From the UHGV virus genome UHGV-0111942: a stretch of DNA of 43,478 nt, one strand, 5' to 3'. The notes beneath the pieces were generated by a model. That model was not told the origin of the DNA, made no database searches, and worked only from the letters and a program-made list of their open reading frames with translations. Numbering within the stretch: the first letter of the stretch is position 1; each line of letters opens with the position of its first letter. The stretch is from a virus. The position numbers and the translations under genes are program-made. Of the stretch, positions 15,833-25,247 are shown one piece after another.

Positions 15833-18257
15833 TTTTTTGTCCTTTATAAGAATTATAAGCGTCTTCCGATATTTCTTTTTGAGAACCGTCGGCAAACATT
15901 GCCATAAATTTCGTGCCATTTTTGTTTGCTCGCACATTCACCGGTCGCTCATCGACCAGCTTTTCACCACGGCCTTTGTCTTCAGCACCGCTCAACACCC
16001 GCTGCAGCCCGTTCTCATTGCTCAAAATATTGGTCGGGTTAATCGCCGCCACATCCGCATTCTGATAAATCTGCTGTGCAAACAGCTTTTTTGTTTCCTC
16101 CAGCGCCTCAGCTGCGATAACTTCTTTTTGCCCGCTGGCGTTAATGCCCTTGTTGCTGGTGTCTTCAAGCCCGTGTTTCTTTGCCGCGGTAACCAGCGCC
16201 GCCCGGTAAATTGCACGTTGCATCACCCGGTACCTTGCATTTCTTGTATTTTGCGCACGTTTAACCGCCCGTTCTGCCACCGTTCCTTCTTTCTCATCGA
16301 TTGAAATCTGCTTAAAGTTCTCATCCAGATAATTTTGGATTTTGTTATTAATATCATTGCTCTCATACCAACTTAAGCCCGCATCTCCTTCTTCCGCCAT
16401 CAATGCCGCGTCAAACGCGTCATAATCCGCCGAAAGCTCTTCATCAAAAGCTGTCGCCTCGGCCTTAGGCAGAGCGCCCTCACTTTGCAGTTTTTTCAGC
16501 TTTTCGGCAAGTCTGGCATATCCTTCCCCTGTCGGGTTATGATCCAAAGCCGCTTTTTCATCCTGCAAGGTATTCATGTTTTCCATTTTCTCGCCTTCGG
16601 AAACTTTTTTCGGCTTAAAATCTGCTTCTTTCTTTTCCCGGGCGGTTCTCAACTTGCCGGCCTGTTCTTCAGTCAAAGCCCCGTTGCGTACCAACTCGTT
16701 AATTTCTTTTTCTCCCGGCAGTCCCTCGGCGTTTACCGCTTCGTCAATCTGATTGCGCAAATCAAGATAGGTATTGATTTGGTTTTCCTCTTTCAGTTCC
16801 TTAATTGTCTGCAATTCTCTGTCAATGGCCTTATCCAGTTTTTCTTTTTCCGCCTTCTGCTTTTCCTGTTCGGCTTTTTTCTCCTCTTCGGTCTTTTTAG
16901 CAATTTCATCTTGATACTTCCTCAAACCGTCGACTTTCTCCGTTGCCAGCGCCGGATACGGGGAATTTGCCAGTTCCTTGTCCACATCCACAACTTCGTT
17001 CCGGGACATTCTCAGTTTCAAACCAGCTTCCCACGCGGCCGTCGCGTTTTTTTCTTTCTCATCAATATCCTTTAACAGGGCGTCTCTCGTCGTCTTGTCA
17101 AAGTCTCCGCGGACAAAAGCCTGATTAACCGCATCCCGACCCTCGTCAACAAGCGACAAATTTGCCCGGTATTTAGCATCTTTGTCTTCCCCGTCTTTCG
17201 CCCACAGGCCAAGCTCTTTCCCCTGAGCAAGCAACTCCTTGTAATCTTCGTCATTCAGTGTTTTGTCTATATTGGCAAAAACAATCTCTTCTTTAGTTGC
17301 CGTCTTGTTTTTAATTTTTTCCTCAAGCTCTTTTAACACATCCGGGTCGCTCATTGCTTTGTCGGGTGACAGAATTTGTTCTCGTATTGTTTTTGCAACT
17401 TGAGGAGAGGCAGCATAGTTGTCATCTATAATTTTCAGTGCTTCTTCATTACTCATCAGGCCGCGGCTGACAAGATAATTAGCCCGCCACATTTCCGTAT
17501 CAGCCTTCGTTTTAACCAGCTTTTTCTCCCTTTCTTCCGCCGCAATCCGGTCTTTTTCTTTGGCAAGCAACAGATTGTCGGCTTTTTGCAGATACTCCCT
17601 GCGTTCAATATCCGTCAGGTTGGGGAAACGTCCCGGATCGGACAACGCCTTTTTGGCAACTTCCGGGTTATTGTTCACCATCCCGTTGACAGAAAGTTTG
17701 GCAAAATTCTCCTTTGCCTTTTGCTTCTCGGTCGGCGTCAGATAAGTGTCGGCGTCAATCAGTTTGTCGGCGTCGGCGGAGAAAAAAGCCGCCTCATCTT
17801 CCGGAGCGGCGGCAATCTGGTCGGCATAGGCTTTCAACGTTTCGTTCAGGCTGATTCCTGCCAGCTCTTTTTCCTTGGCCCTGAACGCGTTTTGAACGTC
17901 CTGCTTGTTATAAGACAGAAAACCGCTGCCGAGGTTTTCCATCCACTCTTTGCCCCATTTCTGGCCGCGCATGTTTTCTTTCAGTTTTTTCTGAAAGTTT
18001 TCGACAATGCCCGGAATTTCTTCGATCGATTTTGCGGTCCTGATTGAGTTCAGCTCTTCGGTTTGCAAATTCGCCGCCTCAAGATTTAAGCGCTTCCATA
18101 CCAGCTGCTTCTCCCGTTCAAAGTAATTGTTTCCCGCTTCCACCGCTCCGGCCACGCTGTTGACGACCTCATTGATGCCGCTGTCGCGCCAGGTCGGGCG
18201 TTTCTCTGTCACCAACTTGGTGCCGCTCAAGTAGTTTCTTTTAATCTCTCCAACCAT
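15825..18257 (-). CDS. Ejection/internal virion protein (T7 gp15-like position)
   Basis: 810-aa helical charged protein between the small and large ejection proteins. Confidence 0.7.
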   Translation of the reverse strand: MVGEIKRNYLSGTKLVTEKRPTWRDSGINEVVNSVAGAVEAGNNYFEREKQLVWKRLNLEAANLQTEELNSIRTAKSIEEIPGIVENFQKKLKENMRGQKWGKEWMENLGSGFLSYNKQDVQNAFRAKEKELAGISLNETLKAYADQIAAAPEDEAAFFSADADKLIDADTYLTPTEKQKAKENFAKLSVNGMVNNNPEVAKKALSDPGRFPNLTDIERREYLQKADNLLLAKEKDRIAAEEREKKLVKTKADTEMWRANYLVSRGLMSNEEALKIIDDNYAASPQVAKTIREQILSPDKAMSDPDVLKELEEKIKNKTATKEEIVFANIDKTLNDEDYKELLAQGKELGLWAKDGEDKDAKYRANLSLVDEGRDAVNQAFVRGDFDKTTRDALLKDIDEKEKNATAAWEAGLKLRMSRNEVVDVDKELANSPYPALATEKVDGLRKYQDEIAKKTEEEKKAEQEKQKAEKEKLDKAIDRELQTIKELKEENQINTYLDLRNQIDEAVNAEGLPGEKEINELVRNGALTEEQAGKLRTAREKKEADFKPKKVSEGEKMENMNTLQDEKAALDHNPTGEGYARLAEKLKKLQSEGALPKAEATAFDEELSADYDAFDAALMAEEGDAGLSWYESNDINNKIQNYLDENFKQISIDEKEGTVAERAVKRAQNTRNARYRVMQRAIYRAALVTAAKKHGLEDTSNKGINASGQKEVIAAEALEETKKLFAQQIYQNADVAAINPTNILSNENGLQRVLSGAEDKGRGEKLVDERPVNVRANKNGTKFMAMFADGSQKEISEDAYNSYKGQKNG

Positions 18258-18258
18258 C

Positions 18259-18771
18259 TCACCCTCCGAAAAGCCAGGAAAACTCTTTTTGTCCTTCCGT
18301 ATCCACCGGCTGGCTGGCTCTGTATGCCGCCGCTACTCCGTTGGCCGCACCTGAAAGCAGACTCATGCGAAACGCGTTTTTCCCCTGTTTTTTGGCCTGC
18401 TTGGCATAAAAATTCATATCGCTTGCCTGCTGCATGTAGTTTCTGGCCGCCGTTTCCGTCTGATAACGGATGTTAAGCGCATTTTGTTCGGCGTTTGCGG
18501 CATTTTGCGCCAAAGCGCCGATTGCCGTCGCGCTGTCGGAAATTCCCATCTCACCCATCAAAGCTCTTGTCTCTGCCAGCTGCTGCCGGTTCTCGGCTCG
18601 CTGTATGTCTTCGTTACGCGCCCCTTCCAAACGCACCTGCCGGGCATTTCTTCGCAAAATGTCGGCGTTGGCGTTATAAGCCTCCGCCTGCGCTTTCCCC
18701 TGCCGATAAGCCTGATAACCGCCAATAACGGTTTGAGCCGCCGCCAAACCGCCCATCACTCCCGCACTCAT
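18259..18771 (-). CDS. Small ejection protein (T7 gp14-like)
   Basis: Gly/Ala-rich hydrophobic termini with a Gln/Ala helical core; gene order. Confidence 0.75.
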   Translation of the reverse strand: MSAGVMGGLAAAQTVIGGYQAYRQGKAQAEAYNANADILRRNARQVRLEGARNEDIQRAENRQQLAETRALMGEMGISDSATAIGALAQNAANAEQNALNIRYQTETAARNYMQQASDMNFYAKQAKKQGKNAFRMSLLSGAANGVAAAYRASQPVDTEGQKEFSWLFGG

Positions 18772-19175
18772 TGAAATATCCTCGCAAACAGTTGATAATC
18801 CTTGCCGTTGAAAACTTTTCGCATGGTCCCCTCATATTCAAAACCAAGCAGCCCGGCCAAACGCCGCCCGGCACCAAAGCCGTCAAGCACCGTCATTTCC
18901 AGCCGCTCGGCCGAAAGTTCCCGGCTTCTTTGTTCAATCAGCCGGCGCATTGCCTTAACAAAAGAAAACATCTTCCGTCCGGCTGCCGCATTGATGACGG
19001 AAAACAAGGCAAACCGGCCGGGTGTAATCTCCTGATACCAAAACACCGCAACCGCCACCCCGCCCGTCTCAAACGTTTCGGCGGTTGAAGGAATTGCAAA
19101 CTTTGCAGCTTCAGCTTCCTGCTCTTCTTGTACCGTGATTTGTTCCAAATCCCGTTTTTCAAATTTTCTTATCAA
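18768..19175 (-). CDS. GNAT-fold virion assembly protein (T7 gp13-like)
   Basis: RLAGLLGFEYEGTMRK GNAT motif; downstream of the nozzle gene. Confidence 0.7.
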   Translation of the reverse strand: MIRKFEKRDLEQITVQEEQEAEAAKFAIPSTAETFETGGVAVAVFWYQEITPGRFALFSVINAAAGRKMFSFVKAMRRLIEQRSRELSAERLEMTVLDGFGAGRRLAGLLGFEYEGTMRKVFNGKDYQLFARIFQ

Positions 19176-19190
19176 AACAACCTCCCGACC

Positions 19191-19220
19191 AAAAAAAGGA
19201 GAGCAATTGCTTGCTCTCCT
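19191..19220 (-). terminator. Terminator of toxin mRNA, type I TA locus 2
   Basis: AGGAGAGCAA/TTGCTCTCCT stem plus a T-run. Confidence 0.75.
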
Positions 19221-19228
19221 CCCAAAAT

Positions 19229-19291
19229 CTACTTCTTTATCAAGAAGAAAATTTTTATTTTACGGATGATAATAATAAACTTTATCATCAT
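19229..19291 (-). CDS. 20-aa hydrophobic-cationic peptide, putative type I toxin (copy 2)
   Basis: MMIKFIIIIRKIKIFFLIKK; GGAGGTG RBS. Confidence 0.75.
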   Translation of the reverse strand: MMIKFIIIIRKIKIFFLIKK

Positions 19292-19375
19292 CTGTTTTCA
19301 CCTCCGTTTCGCATAATGCGGAAAGGAGTAGAAAGCTTACTTGACTTTTTAATCAAATAAGGTTATCCTATACCC

Positions 19376-19455
19376 ATAGGTTGGAGTTATAGGACGTTCA
19401 ACTCCTTTCCTAGGTTTAGGAAATTGTCCGGTGTTCCCGCACCGGACTTTTCTTT
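19376..19455 (+). ncRNA. Putative antisense antitoxin RNA, locus 2
   Basis: TTGACT(19341)-17-TATCCT promoter; GTCCGGTG/CACCGGAC terminator. Confidence 0.7.
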
Positions 19456-19482
19456 TATATCTTAAAATACATCCCTTGTCAA
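19454..19482 (-). promoter_or_regulatory. Sigma70 promoter of toxin mRNA, locus 2
   Basis: TTGACA-17 nt-TATAAA on the minus strand. Confidence 0.8.
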
Positions 19483-21576
19483 TTAACGCGAACTCTCCAT
19501 GCTCGGCACGATTGCCTGGATCAGCATCGGATAAACGCTCTTGTTTTGAATAACGATATTAGCCCCGCGGTCTTTCAACAAAGAAGTACCGTCCGGCCAC
19601 GGAATAACCACGTTGCCGGTAAACAGGCGCACCTCGCCCGCAATCAGCTCTTTGCCGTTGTGGTATAAAATTTCCTGCTGCCGGTCGTATGCCGGACCAG
19701 CCGTCCCGCCGCCGGAACGGTAAACCATCAGCGTCAGATGATCGATCCGCTGAACGGCGGCAAGCCCGGCGCCTCTGTCCGACTGAAGATATATCTTTTG
19801 CGGCTGCAACACCGAATTAACCGGCAATCCGACCACCACCCGCGCATCCGTTTCCTTAATCTCAATCGAACCGTCCTCGGCCACAATCTGATGAGGCCGC
19901 TCCAAACCGTTTGCCGAAATCGCCACTTCACAGCCTTTCAGATGATCAAGGCCGGAAAGCTTGGTCGTCACATCGCCGACCGGCCGGTTGTAAATCAACC
20001 CGCTGTCAACAAAAAAGCAGGAATCGCGAATATAATCCAACTCCGCTTTCTCTCTTTCAACCGGATCGCGGATATATTCAACGTCGTCAGGGTAATTCGA
20101 CCGGGTGCCGCCGTCAATCCATTCCACATATCTTTTCATCACACTGCCGATTTTGCGCTTGGCAATCACCCATACGTCATCGCGGCGTTCGTCATTTGAA
20201 GGAATTACCGCCACCGCTTCGGCCGAACCGGAAAAATCATGTTGCGCCAAAGCCGCTACCTGCTGTTGGGCGTCGAAGGTAAAAGACACCAGACGGCCGT
20301 CGGCCATGGCCAGCCACAACAGCTTATCCGGCACGTCCTGCCAGTCCCAACTGACAATTCCCGACGACAACAGATGTTTACCCATAAGACTGGCATCCAG
20401 CGGATCATAACCGTCTCTTTCGTAGCTGTAAACCAGATCGCGGATCGAAGTGCCGAACCGGTCGACAAACAAAATATGCCCGTTGACCGCTATCGGCTGG
20501 ATCGGTTTGCTGCCGATACCTGAAATCTGACGGATTGCCACATTGTCGGCCGAAAGCGCCTCACCGTTGGAAATGACGTCAATATAAAACTCTCCGCTTG
20601 ACGTTCCGACAAACAGCACGTCGCCGCCCGCAATCCAGCGCCCCTGATTGTACTCTTTGGAGTTGACCGGCACCGTAACCGCGCATTCCGCCGTCACTTC
20701 GCCAAACTTCTGATCGGCAAAATTGTTGAAGTCGCCGGAACAAGATCCGCAGGCTTTCAAACCGTCATCAGCATCAATCAGCAGCCACAAACGGTTTTTG
20801 TAAAAACTCCCGGACATCGGATAATTACGGCCGGGATAGATCATGCCGAACTCAAAATGCGAGGTTACCAGCGCTTTCGGCATTTCAATGATCACTTTGG
20901 CCTTGACTTCGGTGGCCGACACATATTCGGTGATTTTGGCGGTACCATAACCGGCATGCAGATACTTCCACGTCACTTTCCCGTCGGAGCGGCTGCCTTC
21001 CGTATGGGACGGCGTCACATTACCAGTGGTCCCCTCGTTCAAAGCTTCATAATATTTGCCGTCCGACGTCCACACCGCCCCCTTGCTGACACTCTCCTCA
21101 ACCTGCCACGCCGGCGTGTCGTCATTGACCAGCGTCAGCCGGATCAGGCGCCCGACGTCATCCTCGGCAAACAAATTCGCATCTGCCGTCAAAGTAACGG
21201 TTCCGGTCGTGCCGCTCACGGTAATCTTAATATCTTCGGTGTTAACGTGATTCCACGGGCCGTTCAAGAGTTCCCAGTCCTCAAGCCGCCAGTCGTCGTT
21301 GGCATAGCGCACCAGCTTTTTCATATATTTTTGGTGAAAAATATAAAGAACGTCGCCCATTTGCGTAAATTGCAGATTATAACACTCAAGTTCCGCGTTC
21401 CAAATGTCTTCAAGCGTATAAGGGCTTTCCAGCTCATAAGCCGCATCGTCTTTCAAAACCTGCCCGTGGTTGGCAAACAGGCGGATGTATTTGTCGCCGA
21501 ACTCAAGCATAAAACCGGCGTTGCCGGCAAACTTAAACTTGATCAAATCGGCTCTTTTGCTTGTTTTCTCTGCCAT
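19483..21576 (-). CDS. Tail nozzle (tail tubular protein B), lacking its usual first ~58 residues
   Basis: MLEFGDKYIRLF, QFTQMGDVLYIFH, LFVGTSSGEF, FVDSGL, LSGLDHLKG and VVVGLP motifs. Confidence 0.9.
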   Translation of the reverse strand: MAEKTSKRADLIKFKFAGNAGFMLEFGDKYIRLFANHGQVLKDDAAYELESPYTLEDIWNAELECYNLQFTQMGDVLYIFHQKYMKKLVRYANDDWRLEDWELLNGPWNHVNTEDIKITVSGTTGTVTLTADANLFAEDDVGRLIRLTLVNDDTPAWQVEESVSKGAVWTSDGKYYEALNEGTTGNVTPSHTEGSRSDGKVTWKYLHAGYGTAKITEYVSATEVKAKVIIEMPKALVTSHFEFGMIYPGRNYPMSGSFYKNRLWLLIDADDGLKACGSCSGDFNNFADQKFGEVTAECAVTVPVNSKEYNQGRWIAGGDVLFVGTSSGEFYIDVISNGEALSADNVAIRQISGIGSKPIQPIAVNGHILFVDRFGTSIRDLVYSYERDGYDPLDASLMGKHLLSSGIVSWDWQDVPDKLLWLAMADGRLVSFTFDAQQQVAALAQHDFSGSAEAVAVIPSNDERRDDVWVIAKRKIGSVMKRYVEWIDGGTRSNYPDDVEYIRDPVEREKAELDYIRDSCFFVDSGLIYNRPVGDVTTKLSGLDHLKGCEVAISANGLERPHQIVAEDGSIEIKETDARVVVGLPVNSVLQPQKIYLQSDRGAGLAAVQRIDHLTLMVYRSGGGTAGPAYDRQQEILYHNGKELIAGEVRLFTGNVVIPWPDGTSLLKDRGANIVIQNKSVYPMLIQAIVPSMESSR

Positions 21577-21577
21577 C

Positions 21578-22927
21578 CTAAGCCTGCCCCAGATATACAA
21601 TCTTTACATAACCGTTGGTACCGCCGGCACCGTTTTCGCCCAAATCTCCCGCCTTGCCGCCGGCGCCAAATCCGTTTTGCAGCAATGAGGCTGTCGATTC
21701 CTTTTTGCCGGCGGTTTTAATGGTGGAAGAAACGATTTTTAACGTACCGACTGCCAATTTGCCGCCGTCACCGCCGCCTTCGGCATAAGTTCCGGTACCG
21801 TGGCCGCCGCGGCCGCCCCACAGATCAATCAGGCTCTTTCCCTTAAAAGCCAGATAAGTCAGGCCGTTGACTTCCAGTGCGGAAGAGTAACCCCACCACT
21901 CGCCTCTGGTCGCGTTGCGCCCGCTGGCCCATCCGCCGCGGCCGCCTTCGCCGACTTTGATCGTGTATTCTCCGGCCTCCAGCCATACCTTGCCGGCAAA
22001 CGCCGCACCGCTGCCACCATTGCCGCCGTACCATGCATGCGCACCGGCCGAACCGCCGGCACCACCGCCCGCACCACAGCCAGACAAATGATAATAGCCG
22101 CTGATTTTTACTTTCAGTTTATAGGTCCCCGGTTTGCTTTTCTCAAAGATGACTTCGTTTAAGGCATAACCGCTCTCATCCAAATCAATATATAAAATTG
22201 TCGACCGCTCAATCGTCTGGCTGCCGCTTTGGGCTTTGTAGCCGGGCTTGGACACGGTCCAGGTAACCAAATCGCCTTTTTGAACTTCAGTTTTGCTTTG
22301 TTCAATACCGTTGATGACGATTTTGGCCCCCGTTTCCGCGGTGCGGATTTCAAAACTCATTGCCAGCTTAACCGTGATTTCCGTGTCCGCGTTAACCTGA
22401 ATACTGTCGGTTTTTGTATCAAAGCCGTCTTTCATCACCTCATAAGCCGCCGTCGCGCCGCGGGTAACCACCGCCGGATTTTGCCGCAAACTGTTGATGA
22501 AGACGTCCGCGTCTTCAGGGATTGTCTTAACCGTTAACGTCGCCCGGTAGAGCGTGGAAACCAGAGAAATGTTCAGCGTCGTGTCTTCTTCGACGATATA
22601 GCTGCCGCTCACCGGGAAATAGCCGTCGAGTTTGACGGAATAGCTCACTTTCTCGCCCGGCGCCACATAAAGCTCATCGGCAATTTCGTTGTTGATGTAA
22701 ACAATCGCCTCAGAGGGCGTCGGCACAATCTTAAACAAAACCGCGTCCACTTCTTTGACCGGCGCCACAAAATGCGACCCGCCGCGGCGCTTCACCCCGC
22801 CTTCGACCTGCGGAATAAAGTTCAGCATTTTGGCCGCCGAATAATTGTATTTCGGCAAATCGATTCGCCCTTCCAGCCACGGACTGATCTCGCCGCCGTT
22901 GAATTGATTTAAGACCGGTTTTACCAT
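21578..22927 (-). CDS. Fusion of the nozzle N-terminal segment with PEGA/Ig-like repeats and a glycine-rich domain
   Basis: FNGGEISPWLEGRIDLPKY...NFIPQVEGGVKRRGGSHFV, then 3 PEGA-like repeats (..GY..), then GAGGGAGG...GYVKI. Confidence 0.8.
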   Translation of the reverse strand: MVKPVLNQFNGGEISPWLEGRIDLPKYNYSAAKMLNFIPQVEGGVKRRGGSHFVAPVKEVDAVLFKIVPTPSEAIVYINNEIADELYVAPGEKVSYSVKLDGYFPVSGSYIVEEDTTLNISLVSTLYRATLTVKTIPEDADVFINSLRQNPAVVTRGATAAYEVMKDGFDTKTDSIQVNADTEITVKLAMSFEIRTAETGAKIVINGIEQSKTEVQKGDLVTWTVSKPGYKAQSGSQTIERSTILYIDLDESGYALNEVIFEKSKPGTYKLKVKISGYYHLSGCGAGGGAGGSAGAHAWYGGNGGSGAAFAGKVWLEAGEYTIKVGEGGRGGWASGRNATRGEWWGYSSALEVNGLTYLAFKGKSLIDLWGGRGGHGTGTYAEGGGDGGKLAVGTLKIVSSTIKTAGKKESTASLLQNGFGAGGKAGDLGENGAGGTNGYVKIVYLGQA

Positions 22928-23535
22928 TCTTCGTTTCTCCACGTGTCACGGATGGTTACCCAGCTGTTGTCCGGCATCGTTTCCATATCGCGGACAATCT
23001 CGTTGTTCATTTGCGCTTGGGTAATATATTTTTCAAACTCGGCCAGAAAAAGCTGCTTATAATCCGCCCCCTGCTTAATCCGCACGCTCATCTCGGCGGC
23101 AATCAGGGCAATCAGCGCTTCTTTGAATAACGGCGTGAAAAGCTTCGGATCCGAAACGTCGGCAATATAAGTGATATTGATATTGCCGGGCTGTTGGCAA
23201 AGCATCCGGTTGCCTTCGATCGAGTAACGAACGTCCGGAGCAACCACCGCGTCGCTCACGTTCGGCATTTTATAAAACTCGCCGAAATCTTTTAAGACCA
23301 GATAATCAGCCGGCAGGGCATAAGCATAAGCAAACAGCGTCGACCCCGTTTCCTCGTCCAGTTCGGCCAGACGCGCGCGTTTCAAGGCAAAACGCCAGTA
23401 ATGCGAAGAAAGCAACATTTTGCGCTGATCCTCATAAACCAGCCCCATCAAATCTCCGTACGGGTTTTGCGAAAGCGACGTGATCGTCCCTTCGCCGATT
23501 TTGATCAAAGCGCGGTTGATTATCTCGATACTCAT
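22921..23535 (-). CDS. Tail adaptor (tail tubular protein A)
   Basis: EIINRALIKIG, HYWRFA, YAYALPADYL and F..ALIALIAAE motifs. Confidence 0.9.
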   Translation of the reverse strand: MSIEIINRALIKIGEGTITSLSQNPYGDLMGLVYEDQRKMLLSSHYWRFALKRARLAELDEETGSTLFAYAYALPADYLVLKDFGEFYKMPNVSDAVVAPDVRYSIEGNRMLCQQPGNINITYIADVSDPKLFTPLFKEALIALIAAEMSVRIKQGADYKQLFLAEFEKYITQAQMNNEIVRDMETMPDNSWVTIRDTWRNEEW

Positions 23536-23615
23536 CTTTTCTTAAAAACTCTTAAAAAAAACAGAAGCCGGCAATCCGGCCCCTGTTTTGTTAACAAAAA
23601 AGCCCGACGGTTGCG

Positions 23616-23930
23616 TCAGGCCTCATTTTCGGGAAGTTTGTCGTTTTGGATTTTTTCCTCAAGCATTTTCTCTACTCGTCCCATCACGTTTTCGGTGATT
23701 TTGTCTTCCAGCTCGGCAAGAGCCGCCGCCTTCACCTGCTCAAGAACTTTGGCAATCTGCTTATCGGTAACAACCGTTTTGTTTTCGGTTGCCGTCAAAC
23801 TCTCCTGTGCGTTTGCCTTGCGGAAAAGCTTCGGATTGAGTTTGTCCAAATCCTTTCCTTCAACAACCGCCCCGGCAGTAATAATCTTGCCGCCGTCAAG
23901 CGTTTCTTTCAAAGCTACGAATTTTGCCAT
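23616..23930 (-). CDS. Hypothetical head-region protein
   Basis: 104-aa ORF with an AGGAGGTG RBS. Confidence 0.7.
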   Translation of the reverse strand: MAKFVALKETLDGGKIITAGAVVEGKDLDKLNPKLFRKANAQESLTATENKTVVTDKQIAKVLEQVKAAALAELEDKITENVMGRVEKMLEEKIQNDKLPENEA

Positions 23931-23940
23931 CTCTCACCTC

Positions 23941-24312
23941 CTATCTGGCCAGATAACCGAGGGTTACGCAAATAGTGCCGCTTGCCGAACTGTTGCCGGC
24001 AACCTTGCCCTTCAGCCAGGTTTTAACATCGGGCGCCAAAGCAATCTGCGCAATCAAATCACCGGCGGCATAATCCCCCACCGTCAAATTCGCGCTTGTT
24101 TCCGTTGTCGAAAAACCGCCGTCTTTGACGTCATCGCCCAAAATCGTGACCGTAACCGAGCCGGCAACCTTGACCGCGCTTTCGGCAATCACGTTGACGA
24201 CCAGTCCGCCGTTGGTACCGCCGCCGTTGACGGCCTCGCCGTCAACGCTGGTTTGAGAAATATCCGCAACCGCCAGATCCTCTCCCCACACCCGCAATTT
24301 ATGTTTATACAT
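23941..24312 (-). CDS. Capsid cement/decoration protein (Bbp16-like)
   Basis: Beta-rich 123 aa directly after the capsid gene; AAGGAG RBS. Confidence 0.7.
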   Translation of the reverse strand: MYKHKLRVWGEDLAVADISQTSVDGEAVNGGGTNGGLVVNVIAESAVKVAGSVTVTILGDDVKDGGFSTTETSANLTVGDYAAGDLIAQIALAPDVKTWLKGKVAGNSSASGTICVTLGYLAR

Positions 24313-24326
24313 TCTTTCTTCTCCTT

Positions 24327-25247
24327 TTAATCCAAAACCACCTGCGGTTCGTCGCCTGCCATAAACTGGTACGACGAAACCATCGGAATACCGCTCCACT
24401 TGCCGATCAGGAAGTTCACATTCTTTTCGTCATTAGTCATACGGATCATTTCCTTTTTGTAAGCCTCTCCCAGCCAGTTCAAAACCCGCGGATGCATCAT
24501 TATACAAGTGTCACCTTCATCCGCCTGCACCTGCAACAAAGCTTCGTTGATCTGTCGGATCGTCGGCAGATTATCTTCGGAAATGTTGACGATTGTCGCA
24601 CAGGTATAGGGATTCATCAACTGCACGCCGAAATAGCCTTTGACCTGCGTAGAATAACCGGCAACGCCGTTCTCGTCGTGGCAAAGCTGGCCGCCGTAAA
24701 GCGGCTGCACGTCAAGCATGGCCCCCTGCTTAAAACCTTCCGGCGAATACAAGCCGCAACACTCGCCGGGAACCTGCCGGACAAATACTATTGAATACAA
24801 ACCTTCGGTTCCCCCTGCCGTCTGCACGTTTCCGTTGTCAATCGCATACCGGCGATAATTTGTATAAATAATGTGTTTTTCCGTCTGCATGCCGGCTTTG
24901 GCAAGAATGCTCGGCATCTGCTTGGCCAGGTATTTAGCCAACCCGCCGAAAGCTACCGCCTTGTCCTGCGGAACAAAAATCTCGCCGCCCATAATATTCA
25001 GATCAACCTGCTCCAAGGCAGAACGGGTCGACATTTTCGGCATCGGCGAGTTCATCGGCACAAAACCTGGACCGTTAATTTCGGTTTTCTTTTCCGCGAC
25101 ATTCCACAGCGGATGCGATGCCCGTTCAAACAGCATCCAATCCAAAATCGGTGTTCTTTTTAGCAGATAATTAATTTGCTTCGGCTGTTTTTTTGCATAT
25201 TCATTCGACAACTCGCGCAAAGTTGCCGGCTCATCAATATTAGCCAT
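24327..25247 (-). CDS. Major capsid protein
   Basis: PILDWMLFE, GLYSIVFV, CGLY and GIPM motifs of BPP-1/epsilon15-type capsids; follows the scaffold. Confidence 0.85.
   Translation of the reverse strand: MANIDEPATLRELSNEYAKKQPKQINYLLKRTPILDWMLFERASHPLWNVAEKKTEINGPGFVPMNSPMPKMSTRSALEQVDLNIMGGEIFVPQDKAVAFGGLAKYLAKQMPSILAKAGMQTEKHIIYTNYRRYAIDNGNVQTAGGTEGLYSIVFVRQVPGECCGLYSPEGFKQGAMLDVQPLYGGQLCHDENGVAGYSTQVKGYFGVQLMNPYTCATIVNISEDNLPTIRQINEALLQVQADEGDTCIMMHPRVLNWLGEAYKKEMIRMTNDEKNVNFLIGKWSGIPMVSSYQFMAGDEPQVVLD

Noticed and set aside
15825..15937. Frameshift fusion of the two ejection proteins at the A7 run, or a start at 15937
   Set aside because: The downstream gene is in the +1 frame and has an AAGGA RBS before ATG 15832; this is an ordinary overlap.
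6040..19482. CRISPR array or IS ends suggested by the repeated intergenic elements
   Set aside because: Only two dispersed copies, with no spacers, cas genes or transposase; better explained as type I TA loci.
21576..22760. Intron or intein interrupting the nozzle gene
   Set aside because: The insert encodes PEGA-like and Gly-rich domains and ends in a stop followed by a new ATG; no intein or group I/II intron signatures seen.
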